This document shows positions 10,910 to 20,896 of a DNA stretch of 64,000 bases, piece after piece. The stretch lies in contig OZ255726.1 in the NCBI GenBank assembly GCA_965277405.1, forward strand, positions 1,760,001 through 1,824,000, read 5' to 3'. The DNA is from Gammaproteobacteria bacterium (GTDB lineage: Bacteria; Pseudomonadota; Gammaproteobacteria; G965277405). A model generated the notes under the pieces. The model searched no databases and was not told where the DNA came from. It saw only the letters and a program-made list of their open reading frames with translations. The position numbers were made by a program, and so were the translations under genes. Each line of letters opens with the position of its first letter. The stretch's first letter is position 1.

Positions 10910-11242
10910 CCTCTCGTATTGTTAATCTGCGTTTGAAATGTACGGAATATTTGCGTTTGAAATGTCACTTATTTTTTCGATATGTGATTCATTGATTTAT
11001 CAATAGTTTTTTGTTGTTTTGGAGTGAAATTGGAGCTAAAAACAGACCAAGGAGATGACCAAGGACATGTATTTATCTTGATAAATTGATAAGTTACATA
11101 TCATCGTGGCATACAAGTAGCAGCCTAAGGAAGCTCTGATTAAGACGCTCATATACTCCAATAACTCGCATATACTCCAAAAAAATAATAGCAATAATTT
11201 TCAATGGTCAATATTTGATCATTTCGCTGATCTTCGTGTTGC

Positions 11243-11306
11243 TGTTTTACTGTTTTTTACTGTTTTTTACTGTTTTTTACTGTTTTTATTGTTTTTTACT
11301 GTTTTT
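11243..11306. repeat. Tandem repeat of TGTTTTTTAC (about 6 imperfect units) inside the IS, downstream of the transposase
   Basis: Visible directly in the sequence. Confidence 0.85.
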
Positions 11307-11324
11307 CTTGAATTTTGGGCGGTT

Positions 11325-12283
11325 CTATCCTGTTAGTCGTCCGCGCAGCATGTATAAGTTCGTCAATGCAAGCAAAGAAAATACTTGTACTCGGTTCTTT
11401 TCTAGTCCTTTGTAGCGAGCTTTCTTATAACCAAACTGACATTTGATTACCCGAAAACAGTGCTCAATCCGGGCGCGCACCTTAGAGTTCTGTCTATTGC
11501 GTTTGCGCTGCGAGCCGCTCATTTGCTGCTTTGGTTTACGTTTATCATTCACGCGCCAATCTATCCCAAGGTGACGCGAGCCGCGTTTATAACTGTCGCT
11601 CGTATATCCTGCATCGGCAAAGATAACCTTATCTGTTTCACGCAGCAATTTGGGGAGTTCATTGATGTCAGCTTCATTCGCGGCTGTGGTGGTAGGCATT
11701 GCCGCGCTATGAATCATATTGCTATTAGCGTCAGTTCCTATATGAATCTTCATGCCAAAATACCACTGCTTGCCTTTCCTTGTTTGATGCATTTCAGGAT
11801 CACGGGCTTTCTCTTTATTCTTCGTAGATGATGGTGCATGGATGATCGTGGCATCAACCATCGACCCTTGTGAGATTGTTATATTATTTTCCATACAATA
11901 CTCATTCACCACAGCAAGTATCTTGACGCTGAGTTGATGCTTTTCTATGATCCTGCGGGCAAGTTCAAGATGGTAGTTTCATCAGGGATGGCATCGTCTA
12001 TCAGCTCTATATGGGCAAAACGCCGCATGCTTTCCATGTCATATAGTGCTTCTTCTACCCCTGGGTCTGATAAGTTGTACCATTGCTGTAAACAATAAAC
12101 GCGTAACATGGTCTGCATATTAATTGGTGGGCGGCCATTCCCTTTCTTGGGATAATGCGGTTCTATTAACGCTAACAACCGTTGCCATGGAGCTAATTTG
12201 TCCATCGACTGCAAGAATTTCTCACGTTTTGTTGTTACTTTCTTGTGGTCGTATGCAGCACTGGCAAAAGTTGTTTGTTTCAT
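11325..12283 (-). pseudogene. IS5 transposase, frameshifted near 11960
   Basis: Two ORFs (MKQTTFAS...IPDETTILN and ...VDATII...FADAGY...RARIEH). Removing 2 nt in TTGCCCGCAGG joins them as LNFRRIIEKHQL. Confidence 0.85.
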
Positions 12284-12576
12284 AAGATTATCCGCTTATT
12301 CAAATATTCAAATAGATTCACCATTGTATATCTTTCTAGCTGATATTGCTGTTGTTTGGGACTTAATCAGAGGTTCCCTAAAGGACATATTAAAGACATT
12401 TCAGAGTTTTTTTGAGTGGATTGCAAAATTAAGTTTGCAAGGACAACTTGGCAAATTAAACGGCTATTAAACGAATTAAACGGCTAATGGTTGGCGCACG
12501 CTAACCTGAGGAGGTGATTGCCTTGCAAGTATTACACAATACTGCGTATTGCTTGGTTGGCTGATGTTCTGTGTTG

Positions 12577-12753
12577 TTAAAGGTATGAATGGGTGTGCTA
12601 GACCACCGCGCCTATCACCGTAAAGCCGCTTTCTGGGTCGCGATGGTCGATGTCTATCTGGTCGTAGAATTTATTCGCGCTCATTAGTCGAACGCATTTA
12701 TTGTTCATTTTTGACAGCAACTTGACGTAGAGCACGTCGTCTACCCTTACCGC
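12577..12753 (-). pseudogene. Second copy of the phage repressor S24-domain 3' end
   Basis: VRVDDVLYVKLLSKMNNKCVRLMSANKFYDQIDIDHRDPESGFTVIGAVV*HTHSYL is paralogous to 13869-14043, with TGG changed to TAG at 12598-12600. Confidence 0.8.
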
Positions 12754-12892
12754 AGGCGGCGGCTTAAACTTTAACCAATGGTTATTACTGGGTGGTTTTG
12801 TACTTGGAATCCGTGACATGCGCGGTCAACTGGTATTACCGCCACAAAACATTCAAGTTGTTACAACGCCAAGAAGTGCAACATGATAAAAT

Positions 12893-13456
12893 TTAGGCGG
12901 AGTGGCTGGCTTTATAGATGGGATGCTCAACACTGCTAAAGTATGCGGCTTCATCTAATTTTAAAAACGGATACTTTACTCCACGATAAAATAATAATAA
13001 TGCACAAACAGGCACAATAAGCACCAAAGCCATAGGTGATGCTGCGATATGAATAACTATAAGCCTATGCATTTTCTCTAATACCTTATTGACGATAGCC
13101 CGTTGCTCTTTTGAATATTGTTGTGTGCTCTGCAGCAAAGCATCGGCAAAGTCATTGCGTTTGATTTTCTGTTTGAGCTCTTTTGTATTTGGACTAATCA
13201 GCAGAAAAATAAATTGTAAAAGACTTAACGTATGCGCATAACGAATAAAACCATTTAAAGAAGTGCGCAATAATTCATACGCTTGGTCATCAAATTGTAA
13301 TTTGCCTGTGCTAGCGGAATCAAAAAGCTCATCTCGCAATACAAACAACTTATGGCGAAAGCGCTCTACTCGGTATTCTTCGTATAACCAAAAGCAAAAT
13401 ATGCAAACAAACGCAAGCCCAGCCAAAGACAACAGTACCATGAGTAAATCAGTCAT
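12893..13456 (-). CDS. Hypothetical membrane protein with N- and C-terminal hydrophobic segments
   Basis: 187-aa ORF overlapping the upstream gene by ATGA, with a soluble core FRHKLFVLRDELFD...LNGFIRYAH. Confidence 0.75.
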   Translation of the reverse strand: MTDLLMVLLSLAGLAFVCIFCFWLYEEYRVERFRHKLFVLRDELFDSASTGKLQFDDQAYELLRTSLNGFIRYAHTLSLLQFIFLLISPNTKELKQKIKRNDFADALLQSTQQYSKEQRAIVNKVLEKMHRLIVIHIAASPMALVLIVPVCALLLFYRGVKYPFLKLDEAAYFSSVEHPIYKASHSA

Positions 13457-13860
13457 TGTTTATCCTCTATTCGTGTTTCTCCAAGATTGCCAAGTTGACT
13501 CGATGTTCTGTTTTCATCAATTCGTCTTTCTAGCCATTTAATACGTTGAGATAAATAAAAAATCTTTTCTTGTTTGAGTTTTCGTTGCCATAGTGCGTAA
13601 CAGACTATCAAGATAAAGCATAGCATAGTTATTGTAATAACAGTTTGGCTTTTTCCTAAAAATTGAAAGGCTATGCTGACATCAGTGATTGTTACTTTTC
13701 CTGCCAGCTCAACTACAGACTTGTATGCAAAGAATGCAATACACACCAACGCGCCCCAGCGAATTAAAAAACGCACGGTTTGCGCGTTCTGTACAACCTT
13801 CTGCATTTGCTCGCGTGATTGTATTTCAAGTTTATGCAATGCTTCTTTTTTTTGTTTCAT
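13453..13860 (-). CDS. Hypothetical two-TM membrane protein
   Basis: 135 aa with two hydrophobic helices and a charged C-terminus (LERRIDENRTSSQLGNLGETRIED). It starts 8 nt after the restored repressor stop. Confidence 0.75.
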   Translation of the reverse strand: MKQKKEALHKLEIQSREQMQKVVQNAQTVRFLIRWGALVCIAFFAYKSVVELAGKVTITDVSIAFQFLGKSQTVITITMLCFILIVCYALWQRKLKQEKIFYLSQRIKWLERRIDENRTSSQLGNLGETRIEDKQ

Positions 13861-13868
13861 GTTCTATA

Positions 13869-14529
13869 TTAAATATATGAATGGGCGTGCCAGACCACGG
13901 CGCCGATTACCGCAAAGCCGCTTTCTGGGTCGCTGAGGTCGATTTCGATCGGGTCGTAGAATTTATTGGCGCTCATGAGGCGCAGGGTTTTTTGTTAGCA
14001 ACGACAATAATTTAACATACAGCACGTCGCCGACCCGCACCACAAACGGCATCGCGGCGGTGGGGATTGTTTTGCTGGTATCGAGCATGATCAGGTCTTT
14101 GTCGCGTAGCAGCGGCTCCATAGAATCGCCATACACTCGAATTAACGAGAGGTCTTTGGCGTATAAGCCTTTGTTGCTTATCCATTTTTTAGAGAACCAG
14201 TGTTTGTTGTCGGCCAGCGCGTGGTCGGCAGGATACGCGCCAAACCCAGCACTAGCTGCGATTGGGTAATGGTCGATACCAACCAAGTCATCGTCCGCCA
14301 CTGCGCTGGCGGCGGCGCGGTATATTTCTTCGTCATCAGCACATAATTGATCCATGGAGATGTTCAACGCATTAGAAATACGCTGTAGTGTGTCAATCCT
14401 AGGCAAAGCACCATTCTTTATTTTTTGTAGGCTTTGAGGAGGTGTTACAGACATTCTAGATAGCTTAGCCCAGTTTCCGCCACACTGAATATCTACTTGC
14501 GTGGATAAATTGCGTAAAAAAACACTCAT
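13869..14529 (-). pseudogene. Phage CI-like repressor (HTH + S24 peptidase), frameshifted near 13990
   Basis: N-terminal HTH, ASAGFG cleavage motif, VYGDSMEP and LYVK. The C-terminus LRLMSANKFYDPIEI...VIGAVVWHAHSYI continues in another frame to TAA at 13869. Confidence 0.85.
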
Positions 14530-14606
14530 AGCTTATTTTAGTTGTTGGTATATATGCTTTAGTGTGCACTCTGTGCATCTTTCGTATACCTGTAAAGGTT
14601 CTAAAC

Positions 14607-14828
14607 ATGAGCAATCGTAGCACAACTGAACCCAGGTTACGCTTATTACGTGAAACTCGAGCCAATGCAATTCTTAGTGGACAAACGTTTTCTGGCATTG
14701 CGCACAAGCTAAATATTCATCACGCGCATTTGCGCTGGTGTTTCACTGGCGATCGTAATGGTCCAAAAGCGCAAGAGCATCGGCGCAAGGCAGTCCAAAT
14801 TGCCTCGCAACATAATGAACGCAAATGA
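14607..14828 (+). CDS. Ner/Cro-like small DNA-binding protein of a transposable (Mu-like) phage
   Basis: Divergent from the repressor. 73-aa HTH-like protein with G.RNGPKA..R, a motif typical of Mu-like early regulators. Confidence 0.6.
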   Translation: MSNRSTTEPRLRLLRETRANAILSGQTFSGIAHKLNIHHAHLRWCFTGDRNGPKAQEHRRKAVQIASQHNERK

Positions 14829-14876
14829 GCATGATGTGTTCCTTTGGCGCGATGGCCCTGCGGATTGGCTGAACGC

Positions 14877-16286
14877 TCAACTTAGATTGAGCAAATACTC
14901 CACCAATAAACTTACAGGTCTGCCAGTCGCACCTGGTTGATTTGCTGATTTTTTCCACGCGGTTCCGGCAATATCAAGATGCGCCCACTTCGCTGTACCG
15001 ACAAAATTTGATAAAAAGCACGCTGCGGTAATCGACCCTGCGTCACGCCCATTTGAGATATTTGGCAAATCTGCAACTGGGCTTTTTAATTGCTGATTAT
15101 ATTCATCCCACAAGGGCATCGGCCAGACTCGGTCGTATGAACGGTTACCCGCGGCAACAAGGGCATTCCCCAAGTTATCATCGTTGCTAAAGCATGCGCT
15201 GGCATGATGACCCAAGGCAATCACACACGCACCAGTGAGTGTGGCAATATCAATAATTGTTTTTGGCTGCCAGGTGTCAATCGTATACGCCAGGGCATCG
15301 CAGAGCACTAGCCGACCTTCGGCATCCGTATTGAGCACTTCGATCGACTTGCCGTTATACGCGCGGACGATATCCCCTGGTCTGGTTGCATTGCCGCTAG
15401 GCATGTTTTCTGCTGCTGCGACAACCCCTACCACGTTGATGGCAGGTTTGGCGAGCGCCATGACTTCCATGGTGCCAAGCACACTGGCGGCACCGCACAT
15501 ATCAAACTTCATTTCATCCATCGCGGCGGCAGGCTTCAAACTAATGCCACCTGTGTCAAATGTAACGCCTTTGCCGACAAGAGCGTGTGGTGCTTCACTC
15601 TTTGACGCACCTTGGTACGATACAATAATCAATTTTCCTTCGCGGTCACTCCCTTGACTTACTGCAAGAAATGCACCAAATCCGCGTTCTTCCAGCGCAG
15701 CTTCATCGAGTACTTCAACGTGCAAACTATCATGGAGTGCTGCTAGATTTTTTGCATGTTCAGCAAGCGTATCTGGAAAGCAGTCATTTGCTGGGGCATT
15801 TGCCAAATCGCGTGCAGATTTGACCCCAACTAGGGTCATTGATTCACGCTCCAGCTGCTTTTTATCCAATTTTTTGCCTACCAGTATAACTTCAGTAAGC
15901 GGTGTTGCCGACTGCGAAGATAGGTACCTATCATATTGGTAGCTATAGTTAAAAGCAGCGCGCATTGCCAAGCGCATCACCGCTGCTTGCTCTTTGGTAT
16001 CGGTTAAGACCACGCCGTCTAGCACCAGCGCTAATTTACTAACTTGATAGCTATCGACATATGCAAATGCTTTGGTCAATGTTTGCAACCATTGACTCAT
16101 CCCCAATCCATCTTTTGGTACGGTGAGGCACAACACTGGATATTCTTCAAAGCCAACTGCAAATTTTACTTGTTTTGCCTTTGCCGCAAATTGTTGTTTA
16201 TCGATAGGAAATGATTTTTGTTGTGAAGAAAACACTGCAACCATATCTGCACTGTGTAACTGTGGCTCTATAGAAAATTTAATCAT
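14877..16286 (-). CDS. pepA: Leucyl aminopeptidase (M17)
   Basis: LVGKGVTFDTGGISLK, MKFDMCG and NTDAEGRL. Confidence 0.93.
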   Translation of the reverse strand: MIKFSIEPQLHSADMVAVFSSQQKSFPIDKQQFAAKAKQVKFAVGFEEYPVLCLTVPKDGLGMSQWLQTLTKAFAYVDSYQVSKLALVLDGVVLTDTKEQAAVMRLAMRAAFNYSYQYDRYLSSQSATPLTEVILVGKKLDKKQLERESMTLVGVKSARDLANAPANDCFPDTLAEHAKNLAALHDSLHVEVLDEAALEERGFGAFLAVSQGSDREGKLIIVSYQGASKSEAPHALVGKGVTFDTGGISLKPAAAMDEMKFDMCGAASVLGTMEVMALAKPAINVVGVVAAAENMPSGNATRPGDIVRAYNGKSIEVLNTDAEGRLVLCDALAYTIDTWQPKTIIDIATLTGACVIALGHHASACFSNDDNLGNALVAAGNRSYDRVWPMPLWDEYNQQLKSPVADLPNISNGRDAGSITAACFLSNFVGTAKWAHLDIAGTAWKKSANQPGATGRPVSLLVEYLLNLS

Positions 16287-17089
16287 GATTTATTTTGTAC
16301 TGTACTGTACTGTATTGTATTGAACCATAGTTGTGCGGTTCGCCCATTTTTAACACCACGTTGCTGCGCGTAGCGCAACGCATCTGCTGCTTGTTCCTCT
16401 CCCCAAGGTATATTTGCCCGCGTCGACATCCCTTGGGTGACATGCAAATATTGTTGTTGGCTCCAAGGATAAAAAGTAAGCCACAATCCGAACCGATCTG
16501 CAAGTGAAATTCGCTCTTCTACACTGTCGCGATAGTGTATTTCACCCGTAGTTGTGACGGTAACATCTGCGTTATCGCTGCTTGGTTCTGCCACTATATG
16601 TTTGCGGTTTGTTGTCACATACATCCGCATATTAATAGGCGCTGGTTGGATTGATCCTTCAAGCGCAGTTTTTAAGAATCGATACGCATTTTTATCGGTA
16701 TCAAACGCCAAATCATCACAATACAAAATAAAATGATATTGCAGAGAACGAATCGCCCAACATACTTCTGGAATAATGTGGAGATTTGCCGAATCAAGCT
16801 GAATTAATCGCAGCCCTTCATGCCGATAACAATCAAACACGGCACGAATTAAAGAAGACTTGCCGCAGCCCCTGCTGCCCCGCAGCAACACATGCTGTGC
16901 AGTGCTGTCTCCTTGCAGTAAGGATACAGTATTTTCGATGAGTTGTTGTTTTTGGGCATTAATTCCTAACAAGCTATCAGTTGATATTGTATCAAATGTG
17001 GTGATGGGATAAAACTTTTCGCTATACGGATACCAGATTGCCGCGTGATGTTGCCCCCAGTCAATGTTGGCTAAAATTGCATTATTCAT
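16283..17089 (-). CDS. AAA+ ATPase, DUF815 family
   Basis: GSRGCGKSS, FILYCDDLAF, LEGSI, YVTTNRKH and EERISLADRFGLW. Confidence 0.85.
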   Translation of the reverse strand: MNNAILANIDWGQHHAAIWYPYSEKFYPITTFDTISTDSLLGINAQKQQLIENTVSLLQGDSTAQHVLLRGSRGCGKSSLIRAVFDCYRHEGLRLIQLDSANLHIIPEVCWAIRSLQYHFILYCDDLAFDTDKNAYRFLKTALEGSIQPAPINMRMYVTTNRKHIVAEPSSDNADVTVTTTGEIHYRDSVEERISLADRFGLWLTFYPWSQQQYLHVTQGMSTRANIPWGEEQAADALRYAQQRGVKNGRTAQLWFNTIQYSTVQNKS

Positions 17090-17639
17090 TCGCTGTCCGC
17101 ACCAGCACCTGCCAGCTCTTTATTAAATATTTGACCATCGAAAACACAGACATACAAGCAGAGACACATAAAATAACCACGCCCGCTTGTGCAGGCAATG
17201 AAGCAGGATCAGAGAGCAATAACATAAACGTGGCGGTCATTTGTAACGCTGTTTTTATTTTACCGATATTTTCGACAGCCATCACATCGCGTTCGCCTTG
17301 ATCTGCCAACCATTCGCGCAATGATGACATGGTTATCTCGCGCACCGCAATCACAATTGCTGGACCCAGCACCCACAAACTATGATGCTGATAAACAATG
17401 GAAAATAATACAGCAATTACCAAAATTTTATCTGCAACTGGGTCAATGAAACTCCCCAATCGAGATGAAACTTGCCAGCTTCTAGCAATCCACCCATCCA
17501 TCCAATCGGTTAACCCTGCAAGGGCAAATAACCCCGCCGCGCCATAATTAGACCAAGAATTGTCTAGCATATATATTACAACGATTGCCGGCAACATTAA
17601 GATGCGCAGTAAAGTCATGATATTGGGCACGTTATTCAT
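17082..17639 (-). CDS. pgsA: CDP-diacylglycerol--glycerol-3-phosphate 3-phosphatidyltransferase
   Basis: PNIMTLLR, DWMDGWIAR, GSFIDPVADK and GKIKTALQM. Confidence 0.92.
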   Translation of the reverse strand: MNNVPNIMTLLRILMLPAIVVIYMLDNSWSNYGAAGLFALAGLTDWMDGWIARSWQVSSRLGSFIDPVADKILVIAVLFSIVYQHHSLWVLGPAIVIAVREITMSSLREWLADQGERDVMAVENIGKIKTALQMTATFMLLLSDPASLPAQAGVVILCVSACMSVFSMVKYLIKSWQVLVRTANE

Positions 17640-17655
17640 GTGTTGAGTATAGCCA

Positions 17656-18792
17656 TCAAGCTATCTGGTTATCAAAGCGTTTCCACCAAGGGGTGGCTAT
17701 TTTTGCGTGTTCGATGTGCAGCGCTGGTTGGCGGTGTTGTGATGGAGCAAGTGAGTCAACCACGGCGTGGGCAAGTTTGGGAGCCAGCGCGAGCTTTGTT
17801 GGCCACACAGTATAAATACGTCCTTGTTTATCGATACTGATATCAGTTGGCTTATTTCCAGTGCTCGTTGCTGCTTCAGCCCGATCAATGATGCAACTTG
17901 ACCATGTGCAGCCGCTGATGTCTAACCGCGGAAACAACTTTTGTAGTTGTTTGACTGCTGCAGCTTGTTGTTGCTTTGGACTACGCTGGACTCCTTCTTC
18001 GGCAAGCTGACCACCTAGTGACCAAGTTATTGCTCCATCATCATCCAGGTGGCTGGTAACTGTGACGCAAGGCGCGAGACCATTGCCCAAAACGTGGAAA
18101 TATAACCGTGGAAGTTGTGGCGAACGCATGAATATTTGATGCAGTTTTCTGCGTTGCATTGGAGTTGATGACAGCGTTTGGTTGCCAGTTCCCGCACTAC
18201 ATATAAGATGCTCGGCGTGGATTGTGTTGCCACCAATAGCAATCATTACGCCATCATCATTTTGGCGAATAGATGATGCTGACACTGCATGCCTGTATAT
18301 CGTTGTTGCGTGTTGTGTCGCCAAGTCGGCGACTACTTGGATGGGGTCGATAATAATTTCTGCGAGCGCGTAGCACATGCCCGAAAACCCCATGTCATAA
18401 ATCTCGTTTGGTAGGGCGCAGCTGCTAACTCGACCACGCAACGTTACCGCTGCAAATAACCCAGCAACCTTGTTCAGCACCGTGCTGGCTAATAGCAATT
18501 GCTGCTGTGCTAATATTGCTGAATTGGCTAAAGACACATCACCGTTGCTAGCAAAGGCTTGCTGCCACATCGCTGGCGCGTCTTGTAAGGCTATACTTTC
18601 TTTACCAAGGGTTCCAGTAAGGGCATATTTTAAGCCACCATGAATGATGCCCTGTGCACAAATAGTCTGTTGTTGTCCAAGACTTTCAGCTTCAAGGAGG
18701 ACGCTTGAATAGCCGCGCGCACGCAACAGCGCATGACACCAAAGTCCAGCAATGCCCCCGCCAATAACTACTACATCACATCGATGCATCAT
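17656..18792 (-). CDS. FAD-dependent oxidoreductase (DAO family)
   Basis: VIGGGIAG Rossmann motif, QGIIHGGLKY and WPTKLALAP. The start is placed at ATG 18792, just after the glyS stop. Confidence 0.8.
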   Translation of the reverse strand: MMHRCDVVVIGGGIAGLWCHALLRARGYSSVLLEAESLGQQQTICAQGIIHGGLKYALTGTLGKESIALQDAPAMWQQAFASNGDVSLANSAILAQQQLLLASTVLNKVAGLFAAVTLRGRVSSCALPNEIYDMGFSGMCYALAEIIIDPIQVVADLATQHATTIYRHAVSASSIRQNDDGVMIAIGGNTIHAEHLICSAGTGNQTLSSTPMQRRKLHQIFMRSPQLPRLYFHVLGNGLAPCVTVTSHLDDDGAITWSLGGQLAEEGVQRSPKQQQAAAVKQLQKLFPRLDISGCTWSSCIIDRAEAATSTGNKPTDISIDKQGRIYTVWPTKLALAPKLAHAVVDSLAPSQHRQPALHIEHAKIATPWWKRFDNQIA

Positions 18793-18799
18793 CGAGACG

Positions 18800-20863
18800 T
18801 TATGCTTGCCGAGTATCGATAAGCGATAGGTCGCAGTCCTGAATAAGCAATGCATGGACGCGGAGCAACAATGCCAAACGGTTGTCACGCACTGCAATAT
18901 TGGTATCCATGACCATCACGTTTGCAAAAAAATCAGCTAATGGAGTATTGAGTGTTTTTAATAATTCAATAGGGTGAATTGTCGCTTCAACACTATGCTC
19001 AATCAAGGCGATAGTTTGCCATAATGTTACTTCTTCTTGCGTGGTAATGTATTTCTTTTGAACTGCTGCTAATTGCGAGCAATCAATGTTTTTTTCAGCT
19101 GCACGAATGATGTTTTTCACGCGTTTATTCGCGCTCACCAACGTGCTAAAGTCATGATCTTGCGCAAGCGATACGATTGCCTGTAATGCCGCAATGGCCC
19201 CTGACCAATTATACCCAAGAGCTACAGTCATAGCTTGTACATGATCACTAGGGAAGCGCTCATTCAACGCTACTTTTAAGCGCTCAAACATAAATAGGTA
19301 TACTTGCTCTGCTAGCTCAGATGGTTGTTGGGTACAGACTGAAACAAACAGTGCTGCGTGTTGGTTTAGCAATGCATGAATATCAATATCAATACATTGT
19401 TCGGTGAGAATCCGCAGCGCGCCAATAGCGCATCTACGCAATGCATATGGATCACTTTGTGAAGTTGGCTGCTTACCAATTGCAAATAAGCTCATTATTT
19501 GATCAAGTTTATCTGCTAAGGCAACAATACTGCTGGTTAATGTAGTCGGTAATGTGTCATTGGCAAAACGTGGCAAATAATGTTGTTCGATAGCATCGGC
19601 AACATGCTGTGATACGCCAATTTGCAATGCATAATATTTTCCCATGACACCTTGCAGTTTGGCAAACTCACCAACCATTGCTGAATTTAAATCTGCTTTG
19701 CACAATGTTGCTGCTTGGCGGACGTCGTCTGCGGCAATCCCTAATGCTACCGCAATGTTAGTACTGATATCTTCGATGCGTTGACAACGTTGTTCCATCG
19801 AACCAAGGCGTTGGGCAAACTCAACATCAGCCAAGTCTTTCGCCATTGCGGTTATACCGGTTTGGCAATCTTGGTTATAAAAAAATAATGCATCGTCCAA
19901 GCGCGGGGTGAGTACTCGTTGATTGCCTAATATAACTTGCTGGACGTCATGCGAGGCAATATTTGCAATTGTACAAAATGTATTGGCGATGCGGTTGGAG
20001 TCAATAGCGTGAAAAAACTTTTGGTGTTGACGCAGCGTTTCAACTAATACTTCCTTAGGTAGTTGCAGGTATCTATCAGCAAACTTGCCAATAATTGCTT
20101 GTGGCCATTCAACGAGACCAATAATTTCTGCGAGTAATGCATCATCTTGCACTATTTGAATTGGGGCAAGTTGTAGATTGATTGCAGCAATTTGCTGGCT
20201 GATGGTCTGCTGCCGTTGCTGTTGGTCAACCATAACATGCACCGACAACAACTGCTCTGCATATGTGTCTGCACTTACAATTGGCAGTGCGGCTGGTGCG
20301 TGAAATCTATGGCCATAGCTGTGATTACTACTGCGCACTCCAAAGATATCAAACTCAATGACTTGGGCACCAAACAGGCAGACGGCCCAACGCACAGGGC
20401 GGATAAATCTAGCCTTGCTGGCATTCCAGCGCATCGTTTGTTGCATTTCAAACTGCCAAATTTTATTCATCAATGCTGGGATTACTGTTGCTGCAGTTTG
20501 TCCTTGAGCTTGTTGGGTGAATGCCAGACGCTCGCCCTTATCACTCATAAATTTTTCTATAGAGTCGATTGCAACACCACATGATTGGGCAAAACCAAGC
20601 GCTGCCTTGGTTGGTTGGCCATCAACAAATGCTTGCGCAACAAATGGACCAATACGTGTAGTCGGTTGTGGCTCTTGTTGTGCAGCAACGCCATAGATGA
20701 GGCAGGCAAATCGGCGCGGGCTATGCCAGATGACTGCTGATTCATATGGCAACTGCATTTGCGAAAATACAATTGGAATGCGAGCAATCAGCTGTTGTTG
20801 AATGTCCTGTTGATAGCGTGAGGGTATTTCTTCAACACCCAATTCAAATAGCAATGTTGTCAT
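18800..20863 (-). CDS. glyS: Glycine--tRNA ligase beta subunit
   Basis: LFELGVEEIP, FIRPVRW, GHRFH, EFAKLQGVMG, DPYALRR and NRLALL. Confidence 0.95.
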   Translation of the reverse strand: MTTLLFELGVEEIPSRYQQDIQQQLIARIPIVFSQMQLPYESAVIWHSPRRFACLIYGVAAQQEPQPTTRIGPFVAQAFVDGQPTKAALGFAQSCGVAIDSIEKFMSDKGERLAFTQQAQGQTAATVIPALMNKIWQFEMQQTMRWNASKARFIRPVRWAVCLFGAQVIEFDIFGVRSSNHSYGHRFHAPAALPIVSADTYAEQLLSVHVMVDQQQRQQTISQQIAAINLQLAPIQIVQDDALLAEIIGLVEWPQAIIGKFADRYLQLPKEVLVETLRQHQKFFHAIDSNRIANTFCTIANIASHDVQQVILGNQRVLTPRLDDALFFYNQDCQTGITAMAKDLADVEFAQRLGSMEQRCQRIEDISTNIAVALGIAADDVRQAATLCKADLNSAMVGEFAKLQGVMGKYYALQIGVSQHVADAIEQHYLPRFANDTLPTTLTSSIVALADKLDQIMSLFAIGKQPTSQSDPYALRRCAIGALRILTEQCIDIDIHALLNQHAALFVSVCTQQPSELAEQVYLFMFERLKVALNERFPSDHVQAMTVALGYNWSGAIAALQAIVSLAQDHDFSTLVSANKRVKNIIRAAEKNIDCSQLAAVQKKYITTQEEVTLWQTIALIEHSVEATIHPIELLKTLNTPLADFFANVMVMDTNIAVRDNRLALLLRVHALLIQDCDLSLIDTRQA

Positions 20864-20896
20864 AGTTATAACTTGTTTCCAAAATAGTAAATCGCG

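Larger units (their letters stand above)
11129..12377 (-). mobile_element. IS5-family (IS5 subgroup) insertion sequence, 1249 bp
   Basis: TIRs GGAAGCTCTGATTAAG / CTTAATCAGAGGTTCC, a CTAA duplication at 11125-11128 and 12378-12381, and an internal DDE transposase. Confidence 0.93.

Noticed and set aside
11243-11306. Possible CRISPR array
   Set aside because: Contiguous 10-bp units with no spacers and no cas genes. The dispersed MITEs are not regularly spaced either.
12598-12819. 73-aa ORF as an independent gene
   Set aside because: A chance ATG fused to the repressor-tail duplicate, ending at a nonsense mutation.
12577-14043. Diversity-generating retroelement TR/VR pair
   Set aside because: Differences between the two repeats are not adenine-specific and no reverse transcriptase is present.
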